DNA of 64,000 nt from Octopus vulgaris (lineage: Eukaryota), in contig OX597829.1 of NCBI GenBank assembly GCA_951406725.2, forward strand, positions 310,001 to 374,000, given 5' to 3'. Each line of letters begins with the position of its first letter. Position 1 is the stretch's first letter. The position numbers were made by a program, and so were the translations under genes. This document shows, in pieces, positions 14,780-28,662 of this stretch. Below the pieces are notes generated by a model. That model saw nothing but the letters and a program-made list of their open reading frames with translations. It did not search any database and was not told the origin of the DNA.

Positions 14780-16240
14780 GATGATGTGATATATGACAGA
14801 AATAATGATGGAAAGTATCTGTTGTCCACAGCCAGCAGACTAAGGTGACACTAGTTTTACTGGTCATGCTTCAAGAACCCTGCGAAGAATCCTTGCAGTT
14901 CCAAACAATGCTCATTTTTGAAGGTGTCTACCTTCATGCTTGCACCAATCTTTTTCAGCCATGCTGGTAGTTGAGTGCTGATGCATCCAAGTGCGCCAAT
15001 TATTATTGGTATCATGTCTGTTCTCTTCATTGGCCACAAACTTCTCATTTCAAATCGTCATTGTTTTTTCTTCTTTTACGTTGATCATGTTGTCACCGGC
15101 GCGTGCTATGTTGGTTATCATGCATGTTCACTCTTTTTTATTCACTTCAACAATGTCCGGTTTCCTATGTCAGGTCGGTTTATTGCACTGGATCATTGCA
15201 TCCTACAGGATTTTGCAATTCTCATTTTCTCTGACTCCTTCCGGTGTTTGCTACTACCGCGTTTTTGTTCTTTGTAGGTCCTCATTTTCACAGAGATCCC
15301 AATGGATCATTCTTGCCACAGTGTCATGGCATCTTTTTTATTCGCGTTGTGCTAATTTCGAGCAATCGCTAACGATGTGCCATACCATTTCGCCCCTCTC
15401 ACCGCACAATCTACATTTGTCTCTATCGGTAGTGTTGTCTATTCTGCATTTCATATTGTTGGTCCTTAACACTTGTTCTTGAGCTACGTATTCGAGTGTT
15501 TCTGTTCCTATCTTCAGGTCACTCTTCCTCACCCACAACCACCGGTCCTTTGTACCTGTCTTCTGTCCTCTGTATGGCCTTCACATCTCTTGCAAACTGA
15601 CTGAATATTTTCTTTTCCTTCCAAGCATTTTCTATTTTTCTTTTACTCTTTTTTACTCTTTTTACTTGTTTCAGTCATTTGACTGCGGCCATGCTGCAGC
15701 ACCGCCTTTAGTCGAGCAAATCGACCCCGGGACTTATTCTTTGTAAGCCCAGTACTTATTCTATCGGTCTCTTTTGCCGAACCGCTAGGTGACGGGGACG
15801 TAAACACACCAGCATTGGTTGTCAAGCAATGCTAGGGGAACAAACACAGACACACAAACATATTCACACACACTTATATATATATATATACATATATACG
15901 ACAAGCTTCTTTCAGTTTCCGTCTACCAAATCCACTCACAAGGCATTGGTCGGTCCGGGGCTATAGCAGAAGACACGTGCCCAAGATGCCACGCAGTGGG
16001 ACTGAACCTGGAACCATATGGTTGGTTAGCAAGCTACTTACCAAACAGCCACTCCTGCGCTTTTGTTCATTTCTTGTTTAAAATTTTCTTTCGTTACACA
16101 ATTTTCAGTTTTAACGGCGCTGACCTCCTTAGTATGTTTCAGCAGTGGCTCCTCGGCTTTTTTTTGTATACCACCCTAGCCTGTTTTCCTCTGCTTCGAT
16201 ACAGTCCTAGCAACTGATCAAATCTCTCCTACCCTTTCCC
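14780..16240 (-). mobile_element. R4/Dong-type non-LTR retrotransposon 3' fragment (CCHC + REL endonuclease), interrupted by a SINE
   Basis: ETLEYVAQEQVLRTN...CRLCGERGEMVWHIVSDCSKLAQRE; C-terminal IPIIIGALG; continues past the SINE at 16061-16240; frameshifts and stops. Confidence 0.85.
15641..16060 (-). mobile_element. SINE family B (CORE-like), full length
   Basis: tRNA-like head GTGGCTGTTTGGTAAG...GGTTCAGTCCC, CORE-like TCTTGGGCACGTGTCTT, internal TA/TG tract, (GAGTAAAAA)n tail. Confidence 0.92.
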
Positions 16241-16255
16241 TTATTATTATTATGA

Positions 16256-16559
16256 TTCAGTAGTTTTAATTTTATAGCGTGCTTTCACTTCACTACCGAG
16301 CGCAGCTCTGTGTGCCTTGGGTATGTGCTGTGATTTGTTGTGATGCGCTGATGGTTACTGTATTGAAAGTGTTTTGCGTAGGATGTGTGCAGTGCCCAGT
16401 AGTGCAATTTTCTGTATGTTATATGTGTTTGTAAGTCCTGGTGTTTTTGTTATGTATTTGTCTGAATATTTTTTTATCATGCCTAATGCACCTACTATGA
16501 TAGGAATTGTTTCTGCTTTTAGATTCCACATTCGAGTTACCTAAATCTCCAGGTCTTTG

Positions 16560-16560
<1 letters not shown>
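16256..16560 (-). mobile_element. R4/Dong-type 3'-terminal fragment
   Basis: Translates to ...MWNLKAETIPIIVGALGMIKK...IQKIALLGTAHILRK; bounded by (TAA)n. Confidence 0.82.
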
Positions 16561-16618
<58 letters not shown>

Positions 16619-16619
16619 G

Positions 16620-17385
16620 TCATTTCATTTACTTTTAATCTGCATTTTTGGTGCAACCACTTGCCGGGGCACACCCAGCGCCCTAGGGCAAGTGAAGGTT
16701 AAGAGTTGTTGAAATATAGCTGAAAGCTTGGGGAGGGGAAGTAGAGAAATATTTCCATGTAATACAACACAAACATTTACATTCATAGGGTTTTTCTAAG
16801 GATGTGGGCAGTACTTGTTGGCACAATCTTTTGGATTTCCTTGAGACATGGTTCTCCAGGGATATTGTCTAGGTGTTTCTAATATCCCTTTTTTTATCAT
16901 ACCTAGGGCACCTACAATAACAGGAACAGTTTTTGTTTTAAGATTCCACATCTTTAGTATTTCGATTTCCAGGTCCTTATATTTACTAAGTTTGTCGAAT
17001 TCCTTTACAGATATATTGTTATCAGTGGGGACGCTTACCTCTATTAGTCTGCAGGTATTTTCTTCCCTGTCTTTAACAATTATGTCTGGTCGATTAGCCT
17101 TCATCGTTCTGTCAGTGTTGACTGGAAAATCCCAGAGGATGGTGACATTTTTACCTTCAACAACTGGCTGAGGATGGCGTTCATACCAGTTAGCAGGAGT
17201 GCCAAATTTGTAGTGTTTACATATCTTCCAATGTATATACTGTCCTACTCTATCGTGGCGATTTTTGTATTCGTTTGGTGTCAGCACAGGACATCCGGAA
17301 ACGAGATGGTCTATTGTTTCGTCAAATGTGTCGCAGAATCTGCATTTAGGGTCAGTATCGTTTCGGAGAACGCTAGTCTGGTAAT
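16620..17385 (-). mobile_element. R4/Dong-type element, sense 3' segment (zinc knuckle + REL endonuclease)
   Basis: NYQTS...CRFC...ETIDHLVSGC...EYKNRHDRVGQYIHWKIC...ILWDFPVNTD...NRPDIIVKD...KEFDKLSKYKDL. Confidence 0.92.
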
Positions 17386-17402
17386 TTTTTTTTTTTTTTT
17401 TT

Positions 17403-18421
17403 GCATGGCACTGATCCCACTCTCAAACGAATTGGATAATACCAGATATGGGTACAAAGTTTTTAGTAAGTCAATAAACCTCCTTTTCTATATGGACGAC
17501 CTAAAGCTGTTTGCCAGCTGTTTGACCAAGAGCTAGAAGGGCTGTTAACAACTGTTAAAGAGTTTAGCAATGATATCGGAATGGATTTTGGCCTTGATAA
17601 GTGTGCTAAAGCAACTTTTATAAGAGCCAAACTCAAGCAAACAGATTCTGTTAAATTAGATATTGACACTACCATCAAGGAACTTGACCCACAAAAAAGT
17701 TACAAATACCTAGGAATCAACGAAGGAGATGGTATACATCATGCTACTATGAAGGAAAAAATAAGAAAGGAATACTATAGGAGAATAAGGCTTGTACTGA
17801 AGACTGAACTCAACTCCAAAAATTGCATTGAGGCCATTAACACCCTGGCACTTCCAGTAGTCCAGTACAGTTTTAACATTATTAACTGGAACCTTACGGA
17901 ACTCCAACGCTTGGTCAGGAAGACAAGAAAATTACTGACATCCAAGAACATGCACCACCCTAAGGCAGATGTAGACCGCCTGTACCTACCTAGAATCAGC
18001 GGGGGGAAAGGAATGATGCAATTAGAGCTGTGCTATAAGACCTCCACTGTAGGAATGAACAGGTACCTATCTAGTACAAAGGATTGGATGCTGCGACTTG
18101 TGTGCGAACACGAAAGCAGCAAAAAGCTGCATTCTATTGTCAAGGAAGCTTATAAGTTCGAAAGGGAACTAGACATTAACCTTGAATCAGATGAAGAGCC
18201 GGAAACCACTGCTACCAAGCAAGCAAAGCGAATCAAGCAGACTGCAAAAAAACGGGCAGAATCAAATTGAGAGGCGGTGGAGCCAGAAGCCCCTGCATGG
18301 ACAATATATTCTCCGAAGCCAAAATGCTGATGTAGACCAAGCAACAACCCATCAGTGGCTGAAGAGTTCTGGATTGAAAGAAGAAACTGAAGGCTTCATA
18401 TTGGCAGCACAAGATCAAAGC
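17403..18421 (+). mobile_element. R4/Dong-type element, inverted 5' segment (RT C-terminal half)
   Basis: FCMALIPLS...LFYMDDLKLF...FGLDKCAK...YKYLGI...HHPKADVDRLYLPR...ETEGFILAAQDQS. Confidence 0.92.
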
Positions 18422-18429
18422 GATCTTTT

Positions 18430-18641
<212 letters not shown>

Positions 18642-19005
18642 TTTTTATTTTTATTTTTAATTTTATTTCTTCGCGAATGTACTTTCTTCTATATGACTCA
18701 GCACAGTTCACTGTCGAAAATGGAATCGATTGGGGATCGTCTCCAGCTATCCTAGGCATTTTATTCCCTACTAGAAGAGAATCGAGCGAAGTGATGGATT
18801 TGCGCACGCGCGCGTATGTGGTGAGGGTTAGGGTTAGGTGGTGGTGGTGGTTCTCTTCTACAGTGACCGACAAGTATATACTTCGCTAGGAAAAAATGGT
18901 ATTCACGAAAAATCCACAGAATTACCAAGAATTGTCTGCAACTTCGTGAGTTTATATTAAGGCAATCTGCATCACTAAGCATGTGTGTGCGCATTTTTGT
19001 ATGCT

Positions 19006-19008
<3 letters not shown>

Positions 19009-19043
<35 letters not shown>

Positions 19044-19080
19044 TGTGTGTATGTGAGTGTTTGTGTGTGTGTGAGTGTGT

Positions 19081-19111
<31 letters not shown>

Positions 19112-19448
19112 AGTGTGTGTGTGTGTGAGTGTTTGTATGTGTTTGTGTGTGTGTGTGTGTGCGTGTGAGTGTGTTTGTGTGTGAGTGTGTGTGTGAGTAT
19201 GTGTGTGTGTGTTTGTGTCTGAGTGTGTGTGCGTGTGTGTGTGTGAGTGTGTGTGTGTGAGTGTTTGTGTGTGTGTGTGTGTGTTTGTGTGTGTTTGTGT
19301 GTGTGTGTGTATGTGAGTGTGTGTGTGTGTGTGAGTGTTTGTGTGTGTTTGTGTGTGTGTGTGTGTGTGCGTGTGAGTGTGTGTGTGTGTGAGTGTGTGT
19401 GTGAGTATGTGTGTGTGTGTTTGTGTCTGAGTGTGTGTGCGTGTGTGT

Positions 19449-19485
<37 letters not shown>

Positions 19486-19487
19486 TG

Positions 19488-19527
<40 letters not shown>

Positions 19528-19545
19528 TGTGTGTGTGTGAGTGTA

Positions 19546-19577
<32 letters not shown>

Positions 19578-19590
19578 TGTGTGCGTGCGT
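19009..19590. repeat. Imperfect (GT)n tract
   Basis: Direct reading. Confidence 0.96.
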
Positions 19591-21179
19591 GCTGCGGCGA
19601 AGGGGATTGGGTGTGTGGTCGAGGAAAAATTTGCTAAACTCATGGGAAGAAAATAAAATAATAATGAAACATGGAAACAAATGGCAACGTTATGTGTGTG
19701 TGCATAGAAAGGTGTCGGAGTTCCATTGTGGTGTTTATTCTCTGGTGAATAGTCTGCGACTCAGTCTTAGTTCAATGACATATGCTCTGCTAAGCCCTTT
19801 AATTCCTGTCCAATTCTATCCTTGGCCATTCTGCAGACACTTACTTAGAATCACATCACAAAAACCATTCCATCCTAATATATCAAATGAAATAAAGACT
19901 AGTGTTTCACTCTCTCTCATTCTCTCTCTCCCTTCTACTCTCTCTCCCCCCTCTCTCTCTCTCTTTTTCCCGCTTTTTCTTTTTCATCTTTCCTTCTTTC
20001 TATTTGTTTTCCGTTCTCCATACTCACTTCTCATACTGCGTCTGTCTCTCTAGATGTCTGTGTATGTGTGTGTACGTGTATGTGTGTGTGAGTTTATGTG
20101 TGTGAGTATATGCGTGTGTGAGTGTACATGTTTGTGCGAGTGTATCTGTGTACGAGTGTATGTATGCGCGAGTGTGTGTGTGAGTGTATATGTGTGTGCG
20201 TGAGTTTATGTGTGTGTATGAGTGTATGTGTGTGAGTGTGTGTGTAGGAGTGTGTATGCGTGTGCGAATGTATCTGTATGCGTGTGTATGCATGTGTGAG
20301 TGTATATGTGTGTTTGAGTGCATGTATGTGTTAGTATATGTATGCGTGAGGGTGTGTCTTTTTTGTGTATTGTGTGAATGCATGTGTATGTTTATGTGCG
20401 TGTGAGTATGACTGTGTGTGTGTATGTGTAAGTATGTATATATGGGTATGTATGTGTATCTATAAATATTCATTTTTCCCCTATCCACTATTTCAGTCTC
20501 TGGTTATTTCTGTCCTTTCAGTACGCCTTTGCTCCCTTTTATTGTTTATTTATTTCTTTGTTTATTTGTTTGTTTATTTGTTTGTTATCCTTAATCCAGG
20601 GGAGTCCGCCAAATCGGTTTCAACCACTTTCATCATACATTAGTTTGTTCAGATGCTTAATAAAAATATCAATCTTGTTAAAATAACATAAACTGATCTA
20701 CCTCGACATTATGTAAGATAGATACTAAACTACATGCAGCATATGCAATAAATGTATCTGTGTGTACAAACGTGCGTTTGTGTGCATTTCTGTGTGTGTG
20801 TGCGCGCGCGCGAGTGTGTGTGTCTCTAATAATTGTAATTGCGCATGAAGGTCCCCCAATGCTAGCTTCGATGAGACTTTCGAAATACGCTTCAGTATTC
20901 ATTTGAAACAATAAATAATCAAAACGTAAGTATTGATATGAGAGAGAAGTATATATATAAAAAGATTCGTATGTATACATATATTAATATGTATGTACAT
21001 ACATACAGATTCATGAGATTTTTTCTATACACATCCAATGACTATGGAGGTTCGATAGAATAAAAAAAAAAAGGGTTCAATGAGGCTCAAAGGCAAAAAA
21101 TGGTCGAAAACCACTGATGTATATAGAAACACGTGCATATACCGGCGTATATGTACTATACAGCTCCTAAAAGGCCATA

Positions 21180-21390
21180 TTATTGGCTTCAGATTTTGGC
21201 ACAAGGCCAGCATTTCGATTGCAGGGCTAAGTTGACTATATCGTCATCAGTGCTCAACTGGTACTGATTTTTATCAACCCAGTAATGAGGACAGAAGGCA
21301 AAGTTGATCTCGGTAGAATTTGAACATAAAGACTTAAAATGCCGCTAAGCATTTTGCCCGCTGTGCTAACTCTTCTGGCATTTCGCCGCC

Positions 21391-21391
<1 letters not shown>
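21180..21391 (-). mobile_element. SINE family A, diverged, alternative tail
   Basis: GAAGGCAAAGTTGATCTCGGTAGAATTTGAAC...TCGCCGCCTT. Confidence 0.78.
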
Positions 21392-21485
<94 letters not shown>

Positions 21486-21509
21486 GATGATGATAATAAT
21501 GATAATAAT

Positions 21510-22155
21510 ATCTGAAGTCTTTCAATATGATGTCTGGCCTATTTGCATCTATCTTTCTGTCAGTTTGGTGAAGTTCCAGAGGAGTTCCAGTTTGGTGAAG
21601 TTCCAGAGGAGTGAGATGTGGTCATTTTCAAGCACTGGAGGTGGTTTGTGTTCCCACCAGTTTTTTTCAATGGGCAAATCCAGGTTTTTGCAAATTACCT
21701 AGCGAAAATATTGTGCAGCTCTATCATGCCTGTTGAGATACTCTGTAGGCGCTAGAAGACTGCATTTGGAGACAACATGATCAATGGTTTCATTTTGTTG
21801 TCGGCATACACGACATGTTGGGCTACTGCCGTTCTTTAATATGTTGGCCTGGTAGTTTCTTGTTGGTAGGCATTGATCTTGAGCTGCTACGATAAACCGT
21901 TCTGTTTCAGATTTTAAGCCAGAGGCCATTAGCCATTGATGGGTCAGGGCTTTGTCAACATCTGCATTATTCGCTCTCTTTGGGTATTTGCCATAGAGAG
22001 GTTTTTCTTGTCATTTATCATTCAGAATATCTAAGGCCGCAGTTTTAACACGGGTTTTCATGCGCTTAGCTTTTTCTGTGCTTGTTTCTTGTATGTCTAT
22101 CTCTAATTCCGAAATTTGTTGTATTCGGAATTCACTTAGATATTCCTTTGCCTGT
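21510..22155 (-). mobile_element. R4/Dong-type fragment
   Basis: SGLKSETERFIVAAQDQCLPTRNYQ...CRVC...ETIDHVVSKC...EYLNRHD; QTDRKIDANRPDIILKD; both ends in (TAA)n. Confidence 0.88.
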
Positions 22156-22204
22156 TTATTATTATTATTGTTGTAGTTGTTGTTGTTATTATTATTATTA
22201 TTAT

Positions 22205-22580
22205 TGGATGCGAACACAGCATTAGAGCAGAAGTAAACAACATAGCATGGTATGTAAAAAATGCCACAGAACAGCTATTATAGACGTAAGAAGGTCAGGC
22301 TTGTGCAGGTTGAAAGATTGCAAAGATAAAGCACTGTACAAGAAATTGAAAACGAATGAAACTGAAAATAGGTGGGTAAAGAAAAGAATGCATGGTGAAT
22401 TTCATATGGATGTTGAAGATAAAACAGACAGAGTAAAAGTGATTTAAAACTGGAAACGGAGGCTGTAATCCGTGCTGCTCAAGAGCAAGTACTAAGAACA
22501 AAAAACAAACTACATAAAATATAGAATAGACAACACATCAGATAAGTGATAAGTGCAGAATCGGTGGACAAAACGGTGAA
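22205..22580 (+). mobile_element. R4/Dong-type fragment (decayed)
   Basis: RWVKKRMHGEF...LKLETEAVIRAAQEQVLRT...YIKYRIDNT; homologous to 15400-15620. Confidence 0.78.
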
Positions 22581-23425
22581 ATGCCGCTAAGCTTTTTGCC
22601 CGGCATGCTGTAAACGATACTGTAAACCCGACGACTTATTGGAGCTTTCGGCGCGAATGCCAATCAGTATAGCATGTCGTTTCCAAATTTCTGGCAGAAT
22701 AAATTGCGTCATGGTGTTGTTTTTCTCGCAGACAGTGCTCAAATGATCCTACTATACTGTGTAGTCAACACAATGAAAAACAATCCATGAGCATGCGCGA
22801 AATAAAATATATAAAATGGCGACAGTTTTCCCATCGCATCCTGTATATATTTTGAGTTCTGCTTTTTCCTGTTTACTTTGTATAACTGTATGTTTAAGGT
22901 TCCGGATTCAATCCCATCGCATGGCTTCTTGGACATACATAATTTTCCGTAACCTTAAACTCATACCCTGTGGGTAGATAGTAACTGAACAAAAACTTGT
23001 CGGATGGATTGTACCATAACCCAAAAGGATACACACTCTGTATCAGGTTGATTCCACTTAAAAATTGCATGGAAGGTACATGTTCCTGTGAAATGGCCAA
23101 TTACGTACATATTAATTTAGGAGCAGGTAATTCGACTGTTTCGAGAACTGAATTCTCATCGTCGAATCCGACGGAGATCCACCACTACCGTCATCACTAC
23201 CATTACTTTGTATGAAGGTAAATCATCTCGTTGCAGAGATTTCATTATTGACCTGCCGGAATAATTATATAATATTCGTGTATAGGAATTAATATTAATG
23301 AGTTCATTTCTAAGTATTGCTAATATCGTTTTTGGTGACATGACACGTATATAAAACGTGCAACTCTAAGAATTGAACTATCGCATTTCAAACAAGTTAG
23401 ATCTCATTCAGTGATAAGCAGACAT

Positions 23426-23457
<32 letters not shown>

Positions 23458-23469
23458 CCTATCAATCAC

Positions 23470-23511
<42 letters not shown>

Positions 23512-23519
23512 TCTCCTTC

Positions 23520-23552
<33 letters not shown>

Positions 23553-24826
23553 TCTATCTTTTTATCTCTTTCTCACACACATACACATAAACTCTTTCTC
23601 TTCCCCGCTCTCTCTCTCACACACACACATACATGCAACGCACACAACACACACACACGCTCTCTCTCTCTCTTTCTCTCTCTTACAAACGCGCACACAC
23701 ACAAAAAAACACACGCTTACACATACACACTTATACACACAAACACACGAACACACTTTCTTCTCTCTCACACAAACACGCACTTTCTGTTTTTCTTTTT
23801 CTCACATACATACATCACATACATACACACACTCTTTTCTTTCTTTCTCTCTCTCTCTCTCTCTCACACAACACACACATACAACATACACACACCTCTC
23901 TCTTTCTCTCTCTTACACATGCTCACGCACACAAAAACACATGCATACACACACACTTTCTCTCTTCCTCTCTCTCTCCTCCGTCTTCCTCTTAGTCCGG
24001 TCTTCTTTTGTATGTTTCTTACAAGAATATGTCGTCTGGTGATGGAGGTCTTGTAATTAGTCTGCGAAAGTGAATTCCATAACGTAACACAGAACGTATT
24101 AATTAAATCTATATAATTAAGTTTGTTTAAGCTTTGTTCTAAAATAATTTTGGAGTTATAATCCCCATTGAGAATACCCACCTCTGGTAACCGAAGAATC
24201 GCATTTTTGACCTCTGTACTCTTCTAAATTAATTATATGCGCTATGGGGTGTTACCACTTAATTTCACATGTTTGTATTTTGTTACTTGTCTGTGCGTGC
24301 ATGTGTATGTATGTATGTATGTATGTATGTATGTATGTATGTATGTATGTATGTATGTATGTGTACACCTGTATGTATGTGTGTTTGCTTATACATGCGT
24401 ATACACACATACATATACGCACAGACACTCAGACATAATACAGAGACACAGAAATGCGTGCATGTTTGTTTTCAGGTTTCACAACAAAGAAACAATTGCA
24501 TGATGAAGAAAAAAGGAAAAAAGTGCTCAATACCTATTGCAGAGTTTTATCCAACGCATTTTCAGCTGATAACTTCACTCACTGAAGATTGGAAACGCGA
24601 ATATCGGAAGCGAACTGAGTAAAAATTTCAGCTCCGCGGGTGGATACCGAGTTTTTCTGTACAAAAAGGATTTGTAACCCAATGTTTCTACATGTTGTTA
24701 TTCATCATTATAAGAGTGTGCTTCAAGATACTCCAAAAGGAATGAGTTCGTGTTCTTTCAAAAAATTTATGAAATCGTTATGACATACATACATACATAT
24801 ATATACACACACACACACACACACAT

Positions 24827-24869
<43 letters not shown>

Positions 24870-25062
24870 GGTAAACAGTAAAAATAATTACAGACATGGA
24901 CAAGAACATGAAACACCACAGAGACGACACAAGAACCACAGGACGGGACATTCGAAGCCCTCAGTCATCAGTCAAGAACCAGATCATCTTAGCAATTTCG
25001 GCTGATTAATCTTGATATACACACATATATCATACATAGATGCATTCATATATATATTTACA

Positions 25063-25360
25063 TATATAATATAATTCGAGACAAAACCACTATTTTAAAA
25101 CCAAACAAGGAAAGACTTAATGAATACATAAAAATTTAATATAAATTAAATAATTTAATTTATTATTAATATTATTAATTAATATTAATATTATTAATTA
25201 TTTAATTTATATTAAAATTTTATGTATTGATTAAGTCTTTCCTTGTTTGGTTTTAAAATAGTGGTTCTGTCTCGAATTATATTATATAATATTTTACTAT
25301 AAAATTGGATTTAACCCTAAATCTGATTTTTCCCTGTAATTTTGGATTCATTCCCTAATA
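25063..25360 (+). mobile_element. Asymmetric palindromic insert (PLE-like terminus)
   Basis: Inverted arms ~25063-25155 and ~25197-25288, unique ~70-nt tail, then (TA)n. Confidence 0.65.
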
Positions 25361-25374
25361 TATATTATAATTAT

Positions 25375-25495
<121 letters not shown>

Positions 25496-25532
25496 GTAAG
25501 TTTGGATTTATATCCCCTCAAATAATTATTAA

Positions 25533-25579
<47 letters not shown>

Positions 25580-25652
25580 TTAGACAAAATGAGATAAAGC
25601 CAAGGGTGTGATGAGTTTTCAGGACATTTATAAGGAAAGAGACATAGATATA

Positions 25653-25700
25653 GTCTTACAACTGTTTCTGGGATTTTATGGATATCCCTTCATCAGAGAC
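25653..25700 (-). ncRNA. Minimal type I hammerhead ribozyme motif
   Basis: Minus strand GTCT-CTGATGA-A-GGGAT(atccataaa)ATCCC-A-GAAA-CAGTT-GTA-AGAC: intact core, stems I and II pair, near-palindromic stem III ACAGTTGT, GUA site. Confidence 0.8.
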
Positions 25701-27384
25701 GATGTGAGATGGTTAAATGGAGGTAAATATTTGAGTTAGAAATAAGGAATTATTATGGAAAAGGAGGAGATACGGAATATAGAGGGAAATATGAGAATGA
25801 AAGTAGAAATGAAAATATAAAATATATAAAGATATTGTAGTTGAAGTTGCATTATTCAAGGAAAGTGGTGTATAGAAGTGGTAAAAAAGTTTCCTGTACA
25901 CCTTTGTATATATATATATACGCATACATACACACACACTCCCACACATACACACACACACACACATCACTGCATAGACGTATAGTATAGTAGAAAAGGC
26001 ACAAAAGAACAGAAAAGTTTCGTGATTTTTCAGCAACGTACGTTTCAAATAGAATAACGTTTTAATAAAATTGCAATACAGCATTTAGGTTCATTTAATC
26101 GATTCCATATTTGATCGATTAAAATGCTATTGGGTGGAATTTAAAAACATCAAATCTGCTTATTATATTGTTTAACATTTTAATGGAGTAATTAACAAAT
26201 CTGGGTCAACTTGTTCCCTCATTTGTATTTCACCGTTTCACCAATCAAAGGGGCAGGGCGGTATTCTTTATAGACTACTTAGGAAAAGGGAATTGTAATT
26301 TGATACCGTGTTCATCCAAGCGTTTGAGGCAGCTAGAGTGATACAAGCAACAGCACTTAGTCCCGGCCACTCCTGTATTTTCACTGACTAATTCATTAAC
26401 AGATAGATCATGGAGTATGTTGGTAATCCTACTCAGTCGATATATTATTCAGGTCGAAAGGAATTCTTTTTTTATCGGCAATATCGCTCACAATGAGAAT
26501 TACGAATAAAGTAAGTCAGGCTGGAGCAATAATATTTCGAAGGGGAAAATATTAGGAGTTATTTATATAAATTATTTACTTATTCCTTCTTTAATACGTC
26601 TCGGTCGGTTCAGACTCAAAATATGCGTCTCTGTAATGTACGTGAAAGAAAAACTTCTCTCAACACACTTGGTTCATTGACGCAGTGGATTCTGGGATAC
26701 CAGTCTTAATATATGTGTCTCATCAGCGCGATGTAAGCTCGGGCCCTTGTATCTGGCCATGTAGTTGTCCTTTTGTTTAAATTTTCAGCGAACAAATTGT
26801 TTTGTGATAGAAGCTTATATCTGCCAATCGATATAAAATCGTTGTTTGCACCATCAACAGCGAGATCTGGAATGAATATTTGCATATTTATTGATAATGC
26901 GTCCAAGCAGGTTAAGACACAAATTATGCTAGTCATAGTAATGTCTGTCATCGGAGAAAAGCTTATTTCTTTTATGAGAATAAAAGAGAAGCTTTACCGC
27001 ATTAGTTAATTAAATGGCAGCTGGTAACCTGAAACTTCGAAATCCCTTACAATCTTTACGTTGTACAAGAATTAACAAATATATATTCTATTAAAACTTA
27101 TTGAGCAAACCTCATTTTAATGTTGAGCTGTTAACGTGTGTCCGCGCAAGTTTGCGTGTGTAAAGTTACGATATATAAAGTTGCGAGTTTTCCCTCCTGA
27201 AGAGGTAAGCCGGTTTACGGTGTTTCTATCTGGCCATGTACATGTTGCATAGCCTTGACTTTTTGCACATTCCATTTGTTAATTATGAACATCACGACTA
27301 TGACGTAATTCTCAGCTCCGAGAAACAGCAGTTGAATTATAAAAAAAAAAAGCTATATGCATTTGTCCACAGATTTTCTATACC

Positions 27385-27615
27385 CATTTATTTACTACCC
27401 ACAAGGGGCTAAACACGGAGGGGACAAACAAAGACAGATAAACGGATTAAGTCGATTATATCGACCCCAGTGCGTAACTGGTACTTAATTTATCGACCCC
27501 GAAAAGGTGAAAGGCAAAGTCGACCTCGGCGGAATTTGAACTCAGAACGTAACGGCAGACGAAATATCGCTAAACATTTCGCCCGGCGTGCTAACGTTTC
27601 TGCCAGCTCGCCGCC
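27385..27615 (-). mobile_element. SINE family A
   Basis: Consensus match; TSD TTTTCTATACC on both sides. Confidence 0.93.
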
Positions 27616-28236
27616 CTTTTCTATACCGAGCGTCTCTGGACGCTCATTTGTTTTTGTTTTTGTTTGCGGCAAATTTTCTATCGCTTTGTATATAATAAGA
27701 AAAGGCAATTAATAACAGGCTATTTATGTTTAAAAACTTATTTATCATTTACGCTTTCCAAATTTTTTTATATTTCTAAATGTCTGGATGATATGAAATA
27801 CATTTCGATTTGAGCCATCACCTGTTTCATCGGCAGCTTTAGTAAAATTACTTGGCTCAGTTTTACTGTTTAACAAACTCATTGATTGACACCTTCAGGA
27901 AAATTCGCTCTGGTACAATCATTTCGTCAAATCTTCATGTTTAACAATATGGTGTCATTGCTGGACATCGTTAACAAAATTATCATTTGTTTCAGACATG
28001 GTTTTTTACATTATTTTTCGTACGGACATCGGTTGACCTGCAATTGCTTAAGGTGGCATCAACTAACCAGACACACTGTAGTCCGGGAATGGAGAATGCT
28101 CGTAGATATCACGAGTAATACTGGTGAGCAGCTAATAAAGATGAAATTAAAATATGCTTGCATTGAATGAGGAAAATACATGACGCCTTCATTTTATTTC
28201 GTTGGCTGGAACTCGTAGAAAGTATAGAAAAAAGAG

Positions 28237-28662
28237 GGATCTTTTCGGTTTGAACGGCAGTTTTTAAAAATAATTTCCACGTAACTAAACACTTTTAAAC
28301 TTCGTATATTGGTAGAATGTGTTTATAAAACATCTTTTTCTCTTGGCTTTATTGAGAAAATTCTATAGTTTGTAAGATATTTGTTGTTTTTTCTTCAATT
28401 TCTGCAATTTCAACCAATCAATGACATCTATTGAAGTGAAAACATTCTGTGCCGTATGAATATGTCTCTCGTTTAAGAAACAGATTGGATTTATTTACAT
28501 TTGTAATGAAAAAAAGATACTCTTCCCCCCCGCCCCTAACCCTATCTAACCCTAACCCAAAAACATATTGAAATGCAATAGATCGATACTAGGATCATAA
28601 TTATGGGTGACAATTTCATATGACACCGCTAGAAAAAACTGCCATTCAAACCGAAAAGATCC
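28237..28662. mobile_element. MITE with internal (CCCTAA)n, copy 3
   Basis: Perfect GGATC...GATCC ends; flanks AAAAAGAG/AAAAAGAT (7/8 TSD). Confidence 0.92.

Noticed and set aside
27190-27230. CTGAAGA followed by a small hairpin
   Set aside because: No GAAA or cleavage triplet follows
26700-27250. Repeated ATCTGGCCATGTA giving TWPD peptides (PTP WPD-loop-like)
   Set aside because: No HCxxGxxR motif or continuous frame
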